Positions 1 through 10,561 are shown, counted from the first letter of the stretch. The stretch is 64,000 bases of DNA from Candidatus Uhrbacteria bacterium RIFCSPLOWO2_01_FULL_47_17 (GCA_001791305.1 MGEI01000004.1:129804-193803), one strand, 5' to 3'. Notes: a model not told the origin generated them from the letters alone. Numbers and translations are program-made.

Positions 1-366
1 GTCTTGTTCGGGATTTTTCTCTGGTTGCTTCATCTTGGAATGGAGGTGTCTCATGTGCAAACATTTCTTTTTGCCGCCGTTGGAATGGATACGTTGTTTT
101 ACGTGTTTGCCATGAAAAGTTTGCGACGCAGTTTGTTTCGTGTGAATCCGTTTTCAAACATGTGGCTGACGCTGAGTGTGTTGTTCGGGTTTTTTCTCAT
201 GTGGCTTGCGGTGCATGTTCCGTTCCTGCAGTCGCTTTTTGAAACGTCCGCGCTTTCCTTGTCGGAATGGGGATTCATCTTTATGATGGGAATCATGAAG
301 TTGATTCTCATCGAACTTGGAAAGGAATTTCTTTTTTATAAGCGAAGTTTACATAAACCGGTATGA
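1..366 (+). CDS. C-terminal part of a cation-transporting P-type ATPase (5' partial)
   Basis: Hydrophobic C-terminus 'NPFSNMWL...VHVPFLQSLFETSALSLSEW' typical of the Cation_ATPase_C domain; ORF runs in from the window edge. Confidence 0.8.
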   Translation, partial: VLFGIFLWLLHLGMEVSHVQTFLFAAVGMDTLFYVFAMKSLRRSLFRVNPFSNMWLTLSVLFGFFLMWLAVHVPFLQSLFETSALSLSEWGFIFMMGIMKLILIELGKEFLFYKRSLHKPV

Positions 367-1034
367 TCGCGGATCCGCAAGCGCCATGGATGTTTCGTCG
401 AGATGAAGTCGATTTGCTTGAAGAAGATATCGACGATCTTTATGATTTACACCAATCCACAACCGGACGCGTTCACACAACGGAACAGGCGATTATTTCA
501 GAACAACTCGACACAGAAGAACAAGCCGATGCAGAACTGACCATGCAGATGGATGTTAAATGGCTTACGCGTTTACACGCACAAAAACCATCCTGGGAAT
601 CTGACAGAGAGCGCTTGCGTGATGAAGACGATTTAACGTGTGATGTCTCGCGTCCACCGTTTTATGAACAACTTTTCCGTTTTGCGGATCAGGTGTTTGT
701 TTATGTGTCAGACGTGTATGCACGGCAGGATGAAATAAAAGAGCATGCGTTTCGTGTCCAAGTGAACATAAAAATGGTTCCCATTAAATGTGCGAATGCG
801 CTTTCGGAAGAGCAGCATGATGACCCACTGTCGCTCATGATCGCAAAAAAAGAATTTGCCCTCGCGATTATTTATCTTGAGCGCATTTTACTTTCTCTTG
901 CGTTCATGGCCGCAGCACATGAAGACCGCGCGCAAGAATTTCTTGCGCCTGGCACACAATTCAAACAGCGTTTACAGCAACATCTTGCACGCTTATTACG
1001 TGATCGTCGTGGAATTGGTACGGACTATGAATAA
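363..1034 (+). CDS. hypothetical protein (acidic N-terminus)
   Basis: 223-aa ORF overlapping the upstream stop (ATGA); no family recognised. Confidence 0.7.
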   Translation: MIADPQAPWMFRRDEVDLLEEDIDDLYDLHQSTTGRVHTTEQAIISEQLDTEEQADAELTMQMDVKWLTRLHAQKPSWESDRERLRDEDDLTCDVSRPPFYEQLFRFADQVFVYVSDVYARQDEIKEHAFRVQVNIKMVPIKCANALSEEQHDDPLSLMIAKKEFALAIIYLERILLSLAFMAAAHEDRAQEFLAPGTQFKQRLQQHLARLLRDRRGIGTDYE

Positions 1035-1689
1035 AGAAACGGTCGCGGTCATTATTCCAGCGTATAATGAAGCCAAAACGATTGGAGGGGTTGTTCGTGT
1101 TGCGGTTTCGAGTCCGTTTATTGACGAGGTAATTGTTGTATCTGATGGATCGACAGATGAAACTGTGGAGGTTGCAACGCATGCAGGGGCACGTGTGATT
1201 GACCTACAAGAGAATCAAGGGAAAGGCGGAGCGATGATTAAAGGGATCGAACAAACACGCGCTTCGATTATTGTTTTTTTGGATGCAGATTTGATTGGCC
1301 TCACCGAAAGGCATCTCGAACAACTTGTTCGCCCTGTGCTAGATCGGACGTGCTCAATGCGAGTTGGAATCCGTGATCGCGGTCGATTTTTTACGGCGCT
1401 TACACACTGGTTTCCACTCATCAGTGGCGAACGCGCTGTGCGGCGTGAGGTTGTCGACGCTATTCCGCACACATTTTATTGTGGATTCATGATTGAGTCT
1501 GCGTTCAACTATTATTGCAAGACACACGGACTCCAATACGATTCTGTGGATTTGAAAGGCCTTTCGATTCGTCGGAAATATGAGAAAGTTGGTTGGCCAA
1601 AAGCTGTGGTACAATATCTCACGATGACAGGGCAGATTTTAGCGTCCCTGATTCGTGTGCGTTTCGCAAAATTCATTGGAAAATTTTAA
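1027..1689 (+). CDS. glycosyltransferase family 2
   Basis: IIPAYNE, VVSDGSTDET, NQGKGGA and FLDAD motifs; start moved to ATG 1027. Confidence 0.9.
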   Translation: MNKETVAVIIPAYNEAKTIGGVVRVAVSSPFIDEVIVVSDGSTDETVEVATHAGARVIDLQENQGKGGAMIKGIEQTRASIIVFLDADLIGLTERHLEQLVRPVLDRTCSMRVGIRDRGRFFTALTHWFPLISGERAVRREVVDAIPHTFYCGFMIESAFNYYCKTHGLQYDSVDLKGLSIRRKYEKVGWPKAVVQYLTMTGQILASLIRVRFAKFIGKF

Positions 1690-1693
1690 GTGT

Positions 1694-3190
1694 ATGTCCC
1701 TAGACTTATCCAAAATCGAAAACTTTCAAGATGCCATGGTGACCGTCATGGGTCTTGGACGATTTAAACAGGGAAGCGGTGTGGGTGCCGCAAAATGGCT
1801 CATGCGTCATGGGGCACAGATTGTGATTACGGATTTGAAATCAGAAGCCGAGCTCAAAGAATCGGTTGATGAAATCATGACGTGGTACGACACGTATAAA
1901 AAGGCGCATCCAACGGGTCATGTGTATCCGCCCGTGTTTGTGTTGGGAGAACATCATGAAGACGATTTCACAAACGTGGATCTTGTTATGCAAAATCCGG
2001 GTGTTGCACGTGAATCAGAGTTCGTGGAACTCGCAAAAAAAGAGGGGATCCATGTGGAGTCTGATATCTCGTTGTTTTTTCGCTACTGTCCGTTTCCGAT
2101 CTACTCGATCACGGGTACGCGCGGAAAGTCCACCACGACTGCGCTTCTCGGCGAAATTTTGAAACGAAAAAATCCAAAGACAGTGGTCGCAGGAAACATC
2201 ACGCGTTCACCTCTCGAGGATCTCGACTGGCTCCTCGAGGAGAAAGAATCTGTGCCGATCGTTCTCGAACTTTCCTCGTGGCTCCTCGAAAGTATCCAAG
2301 ACCTCGGCAAAGGCCCCGACATTGCGATTCTCACAAACGCGTATAAAGATCACTTGGATCGCTATGCCTCGTTTGAGGTGTATGTGAAAGCCAAAGAAAT
2401 TATCTTCGAGGTACAACGTCCGGATCAAGTGGCCATTTTTAATGCGGATCAAGAGATCACAAAAGAAATCGCCGATCACGCGCGATCAGAAAAGAAGTTC
2501 TGGGTTTCGCTTTCGCCTCTTACGGAGGGAAAAGTGGGAGCGTATCGCGAGGGAGACGATTTGAAATTTAGTTCCTCGACCACACCTGTCACATTTGCAA
2601 ATACAAAAGATATTGCCCTTGTTGGAGAACACAACGTTTACAACATTCTTTGCGCCTCGCTCGCCGCACACCTGATTGGTGTGAGTGATGAGGATATTCG
2701 AGAGACCCTCAAGTCCTTCGCGGGCCTCCCGGGTCGTCAACAAGTCGTCGGCGAGGTCGAGGGGGTGATGTATGTGAATGACACGACCGCAACGAGCCCA
2801 GAAGGAACCATGGCCGCGCTCGCGCGATTCGGCAATGGGGGAAATATTATTCTTCTCGCTGGAGGATCCACAAAGGGATTTACCTTTGAGCAAATGGGCG
2901 CATCGGTTCAAAAAGAATGTAAGTATGTTGTGTTGTTCGAGGGAACCGCGACGAATGATGTTGAGAAAGCGATTGGAGATGTTCCGCACGTACGGGTCGA
3001 TTCCATGGAAAAGGCATTCGAGGCGGCTGCGACCGTTGCAACACTCGGAGACATCGTTTTGCTTTCACCAGGAACCGCAAGCTTCGGTGTGTTTAAAAAT
3101 GAATTTGATCGTGGCGAACAATTTGAAAAAATGGTCGGAACGCTCATGAAAAAAACAGGAAGCGGGGAACTTGCGCCAAAAGTGACCTAA
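1694..3190 (+). CDS. murD: UDP-N-acetylmuramoyl-L-alanine--D-glutamate ligase
   Basis: ITGTRGKSTTT, VLELSSW, DHLDRY, YVNDTTAT, LLSPGTASF...FKNEFDRG. Confidence 0.93.
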   Translation: MSLDLSKIENFQDAMVTVMGLGRFKQGSGVGAAKWLMRHGAQIVITDLKSEAELKESVDEIMTWYDTYKKAHPTGHVYPPVFVLGEHHEDDFTNVDLVMQNPGVARESEFVELAKKEGIHVESDISLFFRYCPFPIYSITGTRGKSTTTALLGEILKRKNPKTVVAGNITRSPLEDLDWLLEEKESVPIVLELSSWLLESIQDLGKGPDIAILTNAYKDHLDRYASFEVYVKAKEIIFEVQRPDQVAIFNADQEITKEIADHARSEKKFWVSLSPLTEGKVGAYREGDDLKFSSSTTPVTFANTKDIALVGEHNVYNILCASLAAHLIGVSDEDIRETLKSFAGLPGRQQVVGEVEGVMYVNDTTATSPEGTMAALARFGNGGNIILLAGGSTKGFTFEQMGASVQKECKYVVLFEGTATNDVEKAIGDVPHVRVDSMEKAFEAAATVATLGDIVLLSPGTASFGVFKNEFDRGEQFEKMVGTLMKKTGSGELAPKVT

Positions 3191-3222
3191 AAAAAGATCC
3201 TCGAATGTTCGAGAATCTTTTT

Positions 3223-3453
3223 TTACATGTCATAGTCGCCTTTGATTTTGTTATCAATTTTGTTATCAAAGCGATCATCTTCGCGCGGATCCGATCCATT
3301 GATCACATAGCCTCGTTTCTGGTTGGTTTTTTTCTTGTCATCGGTTGGACCATCCTCCAGTTCAGGTGCTTTTTTCTTTGGATAACGATCTGGTGGTGGT
3401 TCCGTTGGAAGATCTGGAACGGGGAGGTGGGGCTGCCATTCATTTCTGCCCAT
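3223..3453 (-). CDS. small proline-rich/charged hypothetical protein
   Basis: 76-aa ATG ORF filling the gap between murD and the next gene, followed by a hairpin near 3192-3222. Confidence 0.5.
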   Translation of the reverse strand: MGRNEWQPHLPVPDLPTEPPPDRYPKKKAPELEDGPTDDKKKTNQKRGYVINGSDPREDDRFDNKIDNKIKGDYDM

Positions 3454-3537
3454 ACAAAAGGTTAGGTGAATTTTTCACAGTTTAACAAAAAGGGGTTTGT
3501 TCGTCGAGATCACAAAAATTTGCTAGCATACTCGCAT

Positions 3538-4644
3538 ATGAAACAGAACCGTTTCCTCCCAAGAATTGTCGCAGGATTACTCGCGGTCGGCGGAATCAGC
3601 GCGCTTGCGGAACATGCATCAAATACACCCGTAAAAGAATTTGACACACCAGAACGAGATCCTCGCAAGGACGCGTCACAACCTGCCCCTGAAGATGAAT
3701 CCAAAAAATTAGAACGAGCTCGCAAATTTAGCGCTGAGCACCCAATGGAGGCAGAGTTGCGTGCGCATAACGTTCCTGTCGAGAAAATCCAAGCAGCCAT
3801 GATCGACGCTGCCGAGCTCATTCGATCACACAGATACAGTGATGAGGTGAATGAAAAAAATTATTTTGCCGCATGTCGTGAGCCTGAACGCTGGGCCGCC
3901 ATTCAGAAAAGTGTGCAGTATGCATCAGACAAAACTGGAGTACCCGTCCGTGTTTTGAACGCGATGGGACTTATCGAGAGTCAGTTTAAGGAAGATGCCT
4001 CTCGATCGGATACGAATGTTTACGGTCCATATCAAATAACCCTTGCAACCGCGAAAGAGGCGGCGAAAGATGCTGCTGCCTGTTTTGAATTTCCGATTGT
4101 CGTGAATAAAGCCGAGGATCTCAAAGAAACAAAAACGGCTGTGCGCCTTGCAGCGCTTCGTTTACGATCATTGAAGCAACAATACGGTCAGCTCGGACTT
4201 GCGATTATGGATTATGCGGGAGGGCGCGTGGGACTTGAGAAAAAAATCAAAGAAGCGTTTCCAGATGTTGATTTGGGAGAAAAAGATTGGGCAGCGATGG
4301 AGCGTCATCATGCTGCAGAGCGTCAAGCGCAAAAGCAACGCGACGCGATTTTGAAACGCATGAAGGGTGGACGTGTCACAGATGCGGATCGTCAGGCATT
4401 ACGTCGCGCTGTCGGTGCCTTCGAGGCTGCGGGGGCGGCTTATACAAAAGCAAAGAATGCGTGGAGACAAAAACGTGCAGATCTTCCAAAAACGCTTAAA
4501 GATGCCGGTGTAACTGTGGTTGCGCTTTACGAACACGAAAAAGCAAAAGGGGGAGAGGCTCCGCACTCGATCACTTATTCACTTGCGCTCGATGATATTG
4601 GGGCGCGGGCAGAGAAACATGCACAGGAGGCGGTGGAGGAATAA
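3538..4644 (+). CDS. exported lytic transglycosylase (SLT)-like protein
   Basis: N-terminal hydrophobic segment; 'LNAMGLIESQF', 'GPYQIT..TAKE', 'LAIMDYAGG' resemble the SLT motifs (ES, GLMQ, AYNAG). Confidence 0.65.
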   Translation: MKQNRFLPRIVAGLLAVGGISALAEHASNTPVKEFDTPERDPRKDASQPAPEDESKKLERARKFSAEHPMEAELRAHNVPVEKIQAAMIDAAELIRSHRYSDEVNEKNYFAACREPERWAAIQKSVQYASDKTGVPVRVLNAMGLIESQFKEDASRSDTNVYGPYQITLATAKEAAKDAAACFEFPIVVNKAEDLKETKTAVRLAALRLRSLKQQYGQLGLAIMDYAGGRVGLEKKIKEAFPDVDLGEKDWAAMERHHAAERQAQKQRDAILKRMKGGRVTDADRQALRRAVGAFEAAGAAYTKAKNAWRQKRADLPKTLKDAGVTVVALYEHEKAKGGEAPHSITYSLALDDIGARAEKHAQEAVEE

Positions 4645-4664
4645 CATGGTAGAATAGATGTGTT

Positions 4665-6014
4665 ATGGTGAAACGAATTGTTCGTAAATTTGTTCCGGAA
4701 TCCCTTATAAATCGCTATCATTACGTCCTTGCACGAGCGGCGGCTGTTTTGTATCGTCATCCTTCAAATGAGCTTGTGGTGATTGGAGTGACTGGAACAA
4801 ATGGAAAATCATCCACAACCGAGTTTATTGGTCGCATGCTTGAACATGCCGGTGCGCGCGTTGGTTGGACCGGAACCGCGAGTTTTAAGATTGCGGAGCT
4901 TGAATGGACGAATGATCAAAAGATGACCATGCTCGGGCGATTCAAAACGCAAAAAATATTGCGTGACATGGTTAAAGCTGGTTGCACCTACGCCATCATC
5001 GAAACATCTTCGCAAGGGATTTCGCAATCGCGTCATGTTGGCATCAACTATGATGTTGTCGTTTTTACCAATCTCACCCCAGAACACATTGAAGCGCATG
5101 GCGGATTCGAAAATTATAAACACGCAAAGAAACAATTATTTGTTCACACAAAACATTCACGTCGCAAAAAAATTCAAGGACACGTGTTTGAGAAGACAGC
5201 TGTTGTGAACATGATGAGTCCTTATGCATCTGAGTTTCTTGCGGTCGGTCTTGATCGCTCGTTTGGGTTTGGGATCGATGGACTTATCTTTGAACCAACT
5301 GAAGAGCGTCCATTATCCATTGTGCCGGTCCTTGCGGAGGATGTTGTCTACGCACCAGATTCCATCGGGTTTGTTCTGAATCGGTTGCATTTTGACATTC
5401 CACTCGTCGGGCGATTTTATTTAGAGAATGTTCTCGCAGCGATTTCTGTCTGTCGTGCACTGGGGCTCGACTGGGAGGCGATTCGAGACGCTGTTGCACA
5501 TCTCGAAACAATCCCTGGCCGATTCGAGCGTATCGAAGAAGGTCAGTCTTTCTCGGTTGTGGTGGATTATGCGTATGAACCCGCAGCCCTAAATGCGATT
5601 TACGACACGGTCAAACTCTTCGCCCATAAAAAGATCATTCACGTGGTCGGCTCGGCCGGTGGAGGTCGTGATGTAGCTCGACGCGCCATTCTTGGACGCA
5701 TGAGTGCGGAAATGGATGATGTGGTGATTGTTACAAATGAAGATCCGTATGACGATGATCCACAAATGATTATTGACCAGGTTGCCGACGCGGCAGTGGA
5801 AGCAGGAAAAAAAGAGGGGATTGATTTGTTTCGTGTGCTTGATCGTGGTGAGGCGATTGAAAAGGCTGTTATGCTCGCGATGCCGGGAGATCTCGTGCTC
5901 ATTACAGGAAAAGGATGTGAACCGGTTATGGCGGTCGCAGATGGAAAAAAGATTCCGTGGGATGATCGCGTTGCTGCGCGCAACGCCTTACACAAGCGTT
6001 TACAAGCCGTATGA
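4665..6014 (+). CDS. murE: UDP-N-acetylmuramyl-tripeptide synthetase
   Basis: GVTGTNGKSST, ETSSQG, FTNLTPEHIEAH, PGRFE, VVDYA, TNEDPYDDDP, GKG. Confidence 0.92.
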   Translation: MVKRIVRKFVPESLINRYHYVLARAAAVLYRHPSNELVVIGVTGTNGKSSTTEFIGRMLEHAGARVGWTGTASFKIAELEWTNDQKMTMLGRFKTQKILRDMVKAGCTYAIIETSSQGISQSRHVGINYDVVVFTNLTPEHIEAHGGFENYKHAKKQLFVHTKHSRRKKIQGHVFEKTAVVNMMSPYASEFLAVGLDRSFGFGIDGLIFEPTEERPLSIVPVLAEDVVYAPDSIGFVLNRLHFDIPLVGRFYLENVLAAISVCRALGLDWEAIRDAVAHLETIPGRFERIEEGQSFSVVVDYAYEPAALNAIYDTVKLFAHKKIIHVVGSAGGGRDVARRAILGRMSAEMDDVVIVTNEDPYDDDPQMIIDQVADAAVEAGKKEGIDLFRVLDRGEAIEKAVMLAMPGDLVLITGKGCEPVMAVADGKKIPWDDRVAARNALHKRLQAV

Positions 6015-6505
6015 AATTAAAAGATTTGGTGCGTCCAAAACCAAACGAACAGATTCTTCTCATTGTCCGTGAATCGCTCGTTCCAAAGAGTGGCAAATTG
6101 TTTCTATTTGCCGTTTGGTTTTTGGTGCCGTTCTTTTTCTTGTATCCATTATTTCGCATGGGAACCATTGGATCCGTAATTTTTACCGCGCTTGTTGTTT
6201 CAGGAATTTTCCTTTTTTGGAAAACGTTTCGTTTATGGTCGCACACGTTGTTTGTTGTGACCGATTATCGATTGATTGATATTGATCAACGAGGATTTTT
6301 TGATCGTGTTGTGACGGAGACAACTTTTGATCACATCGACGAAGTAAGCTATCGTATGCAAGGAATGATGTCTGCGGTATTTGGATACGGAACCATTACG
6401 GTCAGATTACATGGGGAAGCGGCAGACATTGTGTTTGAATCCGTCCGTAAGCCATCTCGCGTTCAAAATTTGTTGAACGATCTGCGCAAAACAATACATG
6501 CATAA
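6011..6505 (+). CDS. membrane protein with bacterial PH (bPH_2-like) domain
   Basis: Two TM segments then 'VVTDYRLIDIDQRGFFDR...IDEVSY...FGYGTI'. Confidence 0.75.
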   Translation: MKLKDLVRPKPNEQILLIVRESLVPKSGKLFLFAVWFLVPFFFLYPLFRMGTIGSVIFTALVVSGIFLFWKTFRLWSHTLFVVTDYRLIDIDQRGFFDRVVTETTFDHIDEVSYRMQGMMSAVFGYGTITVRLHGEAADIVFESVRKPSRVQNLLNDLRKTIHA

Positions 6506-6947
6506 ATCCATCCCACGCTCATTTCCTCAATTATTTCGTACACGATGGTTTTATCTCGTGAATATTTTGTTGATTATCGTGGTTGGATTCTCGTTTGGAA
6601 GAGAAATGATTCGTAGTCGAGACATTGCAAAACAAATTCAATCCCTTCAGAATCAATCACAGGCGTTGCAAACACAGCATTTGGCCATTAAAGATCTCAA
6701 AAATGCGGTGCAAACAGAATCATTTGTGGAACGCGAAGCACGATTAAAGCTTGGATTGAAAAAACCAGGGGAGTCGCTCGTGATTTTAAAAAACGAAAAA
6801 ACAGAGAATGTTACGAATCAACAAATCCACAACGAATCTACGAATGGGGAAGTAAAGACATTAGAACGAAAGTCTCTTGCGAATTCGACCAAGTGGTGGT
6901 ATTACTTCTTCAATAAACAAGCTTATCGCACCGCGCAATCTTTATGA
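6498..6947 (+). CDS. septum formation initiator (FtsB/DivIC-like)
   Basis: TM helix, coiled coil, 'VEREARLKLGLKKPGE'. Confidence 0.8.
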   Translation: MHKSIPRSFPQLFRTRWFYLVNILLIIVVGFSFGREMIRSRDIAKQIQSLQNQSQALQTQHLAIKDLKNAVQTESFVEREARLKLGLKKPGESLVILKNEKTENVTNQQIHNESTNGEVKTLERKSLANSTKWWYYFFNKQAYRTAQSL

Positions 6948-8053
6948 TGAATGAACAAGACGAAACGATGGTAACTTCCGGTTCAGATCAAATGCCATCA
7001 AATGACGACGGACATATTTGTACAGATGCCGATATGTGCACGGCAGATCAACCACAAGAGCATTTGGTTGTTTCCACAGATGTACCCGTGGAAAGTACTC
7101 CGGTTCACGCATCTAAACGCCCCTGCACTCGATCTGTTGTTTTAGGGGCGACTGGTGCGATTGTCATTCTTGTTGGTGCATTGAGCGCGTTTGTTTATTC
7201 AAATGCGTCCTCACACAAAACCGTTCATGCCATTACAACACGCTTGCCGTTTCCCGCTTTGTTTGTTGGGAGACGTGTTGTAACGTACAAACAATATTAT
7301 GATGAGCAAGATGCGTTAAAGCGATATTTTGCGTCTACAGCGGCCGCAGGAGCTCCCGCTCCAACATCAGAACAAATGGATGCGCTCATTACGCAAACCC
7401 TTATTAATAAGGCTGTTGTCAAAACGCTCGCCTCCAATTACGGTCTTACGTTAGATCAAAGTAAGATTGAAGCATTTTACGCAAATTTTCTTGCATCAAA
7501 CCAAGGGCAATCAAAAGAGGTGATTGAAGCGGAACTGCAAAAATCATTCGGCTGGACGATTCCGGAATTTAAACAGCGTATTATTGGCCCGATCGTTCTT
7601 TCCGCGCAAGTGGAAGATTATGTGGCATCAAGCGAATTTTTTCAAAAACCGTTGCATGATCTGATTAATTCTGCACACACACGTGTAACAACCGGCGCTG
7701 AATCATTCGAAGAGGTCGGGACGGCTGTTCACAATCAGGTTCAGTTGAATCTGAAGAGCGATTTGGGATTTATCAAAAAATCTGAATTGCCAGAAGCGTG
7801 GGGAAGCAAAGTGGCAGATTTAGAAAATGGTCAGGTGACGGAGGTGATTGAGTTGCCGCAAGGGTATGCGATTTTTACCGTAACCGAACGCATTAAATCG
7901 CAAGACTCCGCAGGAAAAAAGGTTGATCCAAAAGCACTGCCCGCTGACGAACAGGTGCATTTGTACACCATTACGGTTCCAAAAAAGACGTTAGAGCAAG
8001 TGACGCAAGAGTATTTGGAGAACGTCTCGGTTAGGACATGGATCAAACCATAA
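6944..8053 (+). CDS. SurA/PrsA-like membrane-anchored foldase
   Basis: TM anchor, helical SurA-N-like region, 'SFEEV...SDLGFI...LENGQVTEVIELPQGYAI' PPIase-like segment. Confidence 0.75.
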   Translation: MMNEQDETMVTSGSDQMPSNDDGHICTDADMCTADQPQEHLVVSTDVPVESTPVHASKRPCTRSVVLGATGAIVILVGALSAFVYSNASSHKTVHAITTRLPFPALFVGRRVVTYKQYYDEQDALKRYFASTAAAGAPAPTSEQMDALITQTLINKAVVKTLASNYGLTLDQSKIEAFYANFLASNQGQSKEVIEAELQKSFGWTIPEFKQRIIGPIVLSAQVEDYVASSEFFQKPLHDLINSAHTRVTTGAESFEEVGTAVHNQVQLNLKSDLGFIKKSELPEAWGSKVADLENGQVTEVIELPQGYAIFTVTERIKSQDSAGKKVDPKALPADEQVHLYTITVPKKTLEQVTQEYLENVSVRTWIKP

Positions 8054-8119
8054 ACAAAAACCCCGCCCCATGCGGGGTTTTCAATTTTTACGGTTTGCGC
8101 TATGATGCCCCCTGTCCCC

Positions 8120-8195
8120 GCCGATGTAGCTCAGTTGGTAGAGCAATACTTTCGTAAAGTAGAGGTCGCGGGTTCGAATCCCGCCCTCGGCTCCA
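8120..8195 (+). tRNA. tRNA-Thr(CGT)
   Basis: Cloverleaf GCCGATG/CCTCGGC, anticodon loop TTCGTAA, GGTTCGAATCC, encoded CCA. Confidence 0.95.
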
Positions 8196-8312
8196 TGAAG
8201 AAATAAAGAAACCACCCACCTCGGGTGGTTTTAGGCATGATCCCCTTCGCCAAGGCTTCGGAGGATGATTCTTTTAAGAATCAAAAAACCCATCGCAATG
8301 GATGGGCAAGGC

Positions 8313-8699
8313 TTATGCAAAAACGCGAGGAGAACTGATGTGATAGGGATCCGGAGGATTTTCCCAGACCTCCACACGAAGGGTGTTGTCTCGATGTGCG
8401 ATCACGATGTAGCAGCGAAAGATGGTCTCGTCCCACTCTGTGAGAAAGAATTGCACAACACCACCTTGTGTGTGAGACATGCTTTCGATGAGGAGGATGC
8501 CTGAGATGCTCTTGTCGTCGTCGAGGATAATTGTGATTTCGCCGACGGGTTTTGGAGCACGCTGCGAGTTCCAGCCCGTTTGCAGCATCGTAATCATTTG
8601 CACAAGATCATCTGCTTGCTTGTTGACGTGACCCGTGAACGTTGTGACGAGTTTACGCTTCGGATGCGCAATCGGCGATCCGGTAAATGGTTCGGTCAT
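8313..8699 (-). CDS. hypothetical protein
   Basis: ATG preceded by AAGGGA, TTGACG..TAAGCT promoter upstream; no family recognised. Confidence 0.6.
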   Translation of the reverse strand: MTEPFTGSPIAHPKRKLVTTFTGHVNKQADDLVQMITMLQTGWNSQRAPKPVGEITIILDDDKSISGILLIESMSHTQGGVVQFFLTEWDETIFRCYIVIAHRDNTLRVEVWENPPDPYHISSPRVFA

Positions 8700-8847
8700 G
8701 GATTCCCTTGACTTCCAATGTTGGAAGATATGCAGCTTATCACAAATCCTTGACGCGTCAAGCAATCCGTTTGTTTTTTGTGTGCAAAAAGCAGTTGTCG
8801 AATTTATCTCAGACAGGTATTATGAGAGTAATCATTTCACTTCTTAC

Positions 8848-9528
8848 ATGATTCATTTTAAAAATGTTTCCAAATTTTATCCGCCTGACATTATTGGCTT
8901 AGACGCTGTCAATCTTCGTGTTGAACCCGGGGAATTTATTTCGATTGTGGGGCAAAGCGGAACGGGAAAGAGTACGCTTGCAAAATTGTTGTTCGCAGAA
9001 GAACGCCCATCAAAGGGAATTATTGAAATTGGCGGATGGGATATCACCAAAATCAACGCAAGTGATGTTCCGTTGCTGCGTCGGCAAATTGGCGTTGTGT
9101 TTCAAGATTTTAAATTGCTCCCAAAGAAAACGGTTTACGAAAATATCGCGTTTGCGCTTCAAGTCGCAGGCATTCCCTCATTGCGTGTCCGCGAGGTTGT
9201 GCCGCGCGTTCTCTCGATTGTTGGGCTGGATGACAAAGCACACCGATTTCCGCAACAACTCTCGGGCGGCGAACAGCAGCGTGTTGCCATTGGTCGTGCG
9301 CTTGTTCACCAGCCAAAAATTCTTGTTGCGGATGAACCAACCGGAAATCTCGACACATTAAATAGCCGAGATATTCTTGAGCTCCTCAAAAAGATCAATG
9401 AATTTGGAACAACGGTTGTACTTGTCACGCATGATCGTGAAATTGTGAACAGACTAAAACGTCGCGTGATCACACTTGAAGGTGGAAAGATTGTGTCGGA
9501 TGTTGAAGAGGGTCGTTATAAATTATAA
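8848..9528 (+). CDS. ftsE: cell division ATP-binding protein
   Basis: GQSGTGKST, 'IGVVFQDFKLL', LSGGEQQRV, ADEPTGNLD; next to ftsX. Confidence 0.93.
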   Translation: MIHFKNVSKFYPPDIIGLDAVNLRVEPGEFISIVGQSGTGKSTLAKLLFAEERPSKGIIEIGGWDITKINASDVPLLRRQIGVVFQDFKLLPKKTVYENIAFALQVAGIPSLRVREVVPRVLSIVGLDDKAHRFPQQLSGGEQQRVAIGRALVHQPKILVADEPTGNLDTLNSRDILELLKKINEFGTTVVLVTHDREIVNRLKRRVITLEGGKIVSDVEEGRYKL

Positions 9529-9532
9529 TGCT

Positions 9533-10447
9533 ATGCTGACTTCCACATATCGCATCATCAAATTTGCGTTTCAGAATTTTTGGCGCAATATATGGCTTTC
9601 CGTTATTACGGTGAGCATGCTTGTGCTTACGCTCCTGACCGTCAATATTTTGCTTGTGCTCAACCGCGTGACAGATCAAGCAATTTCTTTTGTGGAAAAT
9701 CGGATTGAAGTCTCTGTGTATTTCAATGAAAATGCACCGCAAGTAAAAGTGAATGACGCGCTTACCCATCTTCGATCTTTGCCGGAAGTAAAAGACGTTC
9801 AAGAAATTCCTGCCGATGAAGCGCTTGCTGCATTTAAAACGCGTCACGCAAGTGACCCCGCAATTCTCAGTTCGCTTGATGAACTTGGAAAAAATCCATT
9901 CGGTCCGACGCTCATTATCAAAGCACACAGCGCAAAAGATTTTGACGCAATTATTGCTGCGCTCGATAACCCAAGATTCCGCGACGCCATTCGCCAAAAA
10001 GATTTTTCAGATTATCAGTCGATTGTAAGTAAAATCAGACAAACCACAGATGAAATCCGAATGGGTGGAATTATTTTGTCCGGAATTTTCTTTCTTATCG
10101 CCCTTCTCATTATTTTCAACACGGTTCGTGTCGCTATTTTTATCCACCGAGAGGAAATCGGTATCATGCGACTCGTTGGTGCGTCAAGTAGTTTTATCCG
10201 CATGCCATTTCTTGTCGAGACAATTATTTTGAGTGTGTTATCAATTTTGATTGTGGTCGCCATCGTTTATCCAACGCTTGCCTTTATTGAACCAAAGTTC
10301 AATCAGTATTTTGGTTCTAACACCACCGGTCTTGTTTCCTACTTCGAACAAAACGGACTCCTGATCTTCGGATCACAGTTCCTCGCTCTGCTCGTCGTCA
10401 CCATGGGTTCAACAGCCTTGGCGATGAGGAAACACTTAAAAGTTTAA
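9533..10447 (+). CDS. ftsX: cell division permease
   Basis: Four-TM FtsX layout, 'IFNTVRVAIFIHREEIGIMRLVGAS...IRMPF'. Confidence 0.92.
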   Translation: MLTSTYRIIKFAFQNFWRNIWLSVITVSMLVLTLLTVNILLVLNRVTDQAISFVENRIEVSVYFNENAPQVKVNDALTHLRSLPEVKDVQEIPADEALAAFKTRHASDPAILSSLDELGKNPFGPTLIIKAHSAKDFDAIIAALDNPRFRDAIRQKDFSDYQSIVSKIRQTTDEIRMGGIILSGIFFLIALLIIFNTVRVAIFIHREEIGIMRLVGASSSFIRMPFLVETIILSVLSILIVVAIVYPTLAFIEPKFNQYFGSNTTGLVSYFEQNGLLIFGSQFLALLVVTMGSTALAMRKHLKV

Positions 10448-10487
10448 ACACAACAAAAAACACTCATCAATGATGAGTGTTTTTTGT

Positions 10488-10561
10488 TGGTTCCCGGACA
10501 GGGATTCGAACCCCGATAAACGGTACCAAAAACCGTTGTCCTGCCTTTAGACGATCCGGGA
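10488..10561 (-). tRNA. tRNA-Gln(TTG)
   Basis: Reverse complement TCCCGGA...ACGGT-TTTTGGT-ACCGT...GGTTCGAATCC...TCCGGGA-A-CCA. Confidence 0.95.

Noticed and set aside
8120-8195. T-C mismatch at pair 6 of the tRNA-Thr acceptor stem
   Set aside because: A single mismatch is tolerated in many tRNAs; not enough to infer editing or a pseudogene.
8239-8267. ATCCCCTTCGCCAAGGCTTCGGAGGAT hairpin after tRNA-Thr
   Set aside because: Resembles a dispersed palindromic repeat, but only one copy is seen here, so it cannot be supported.
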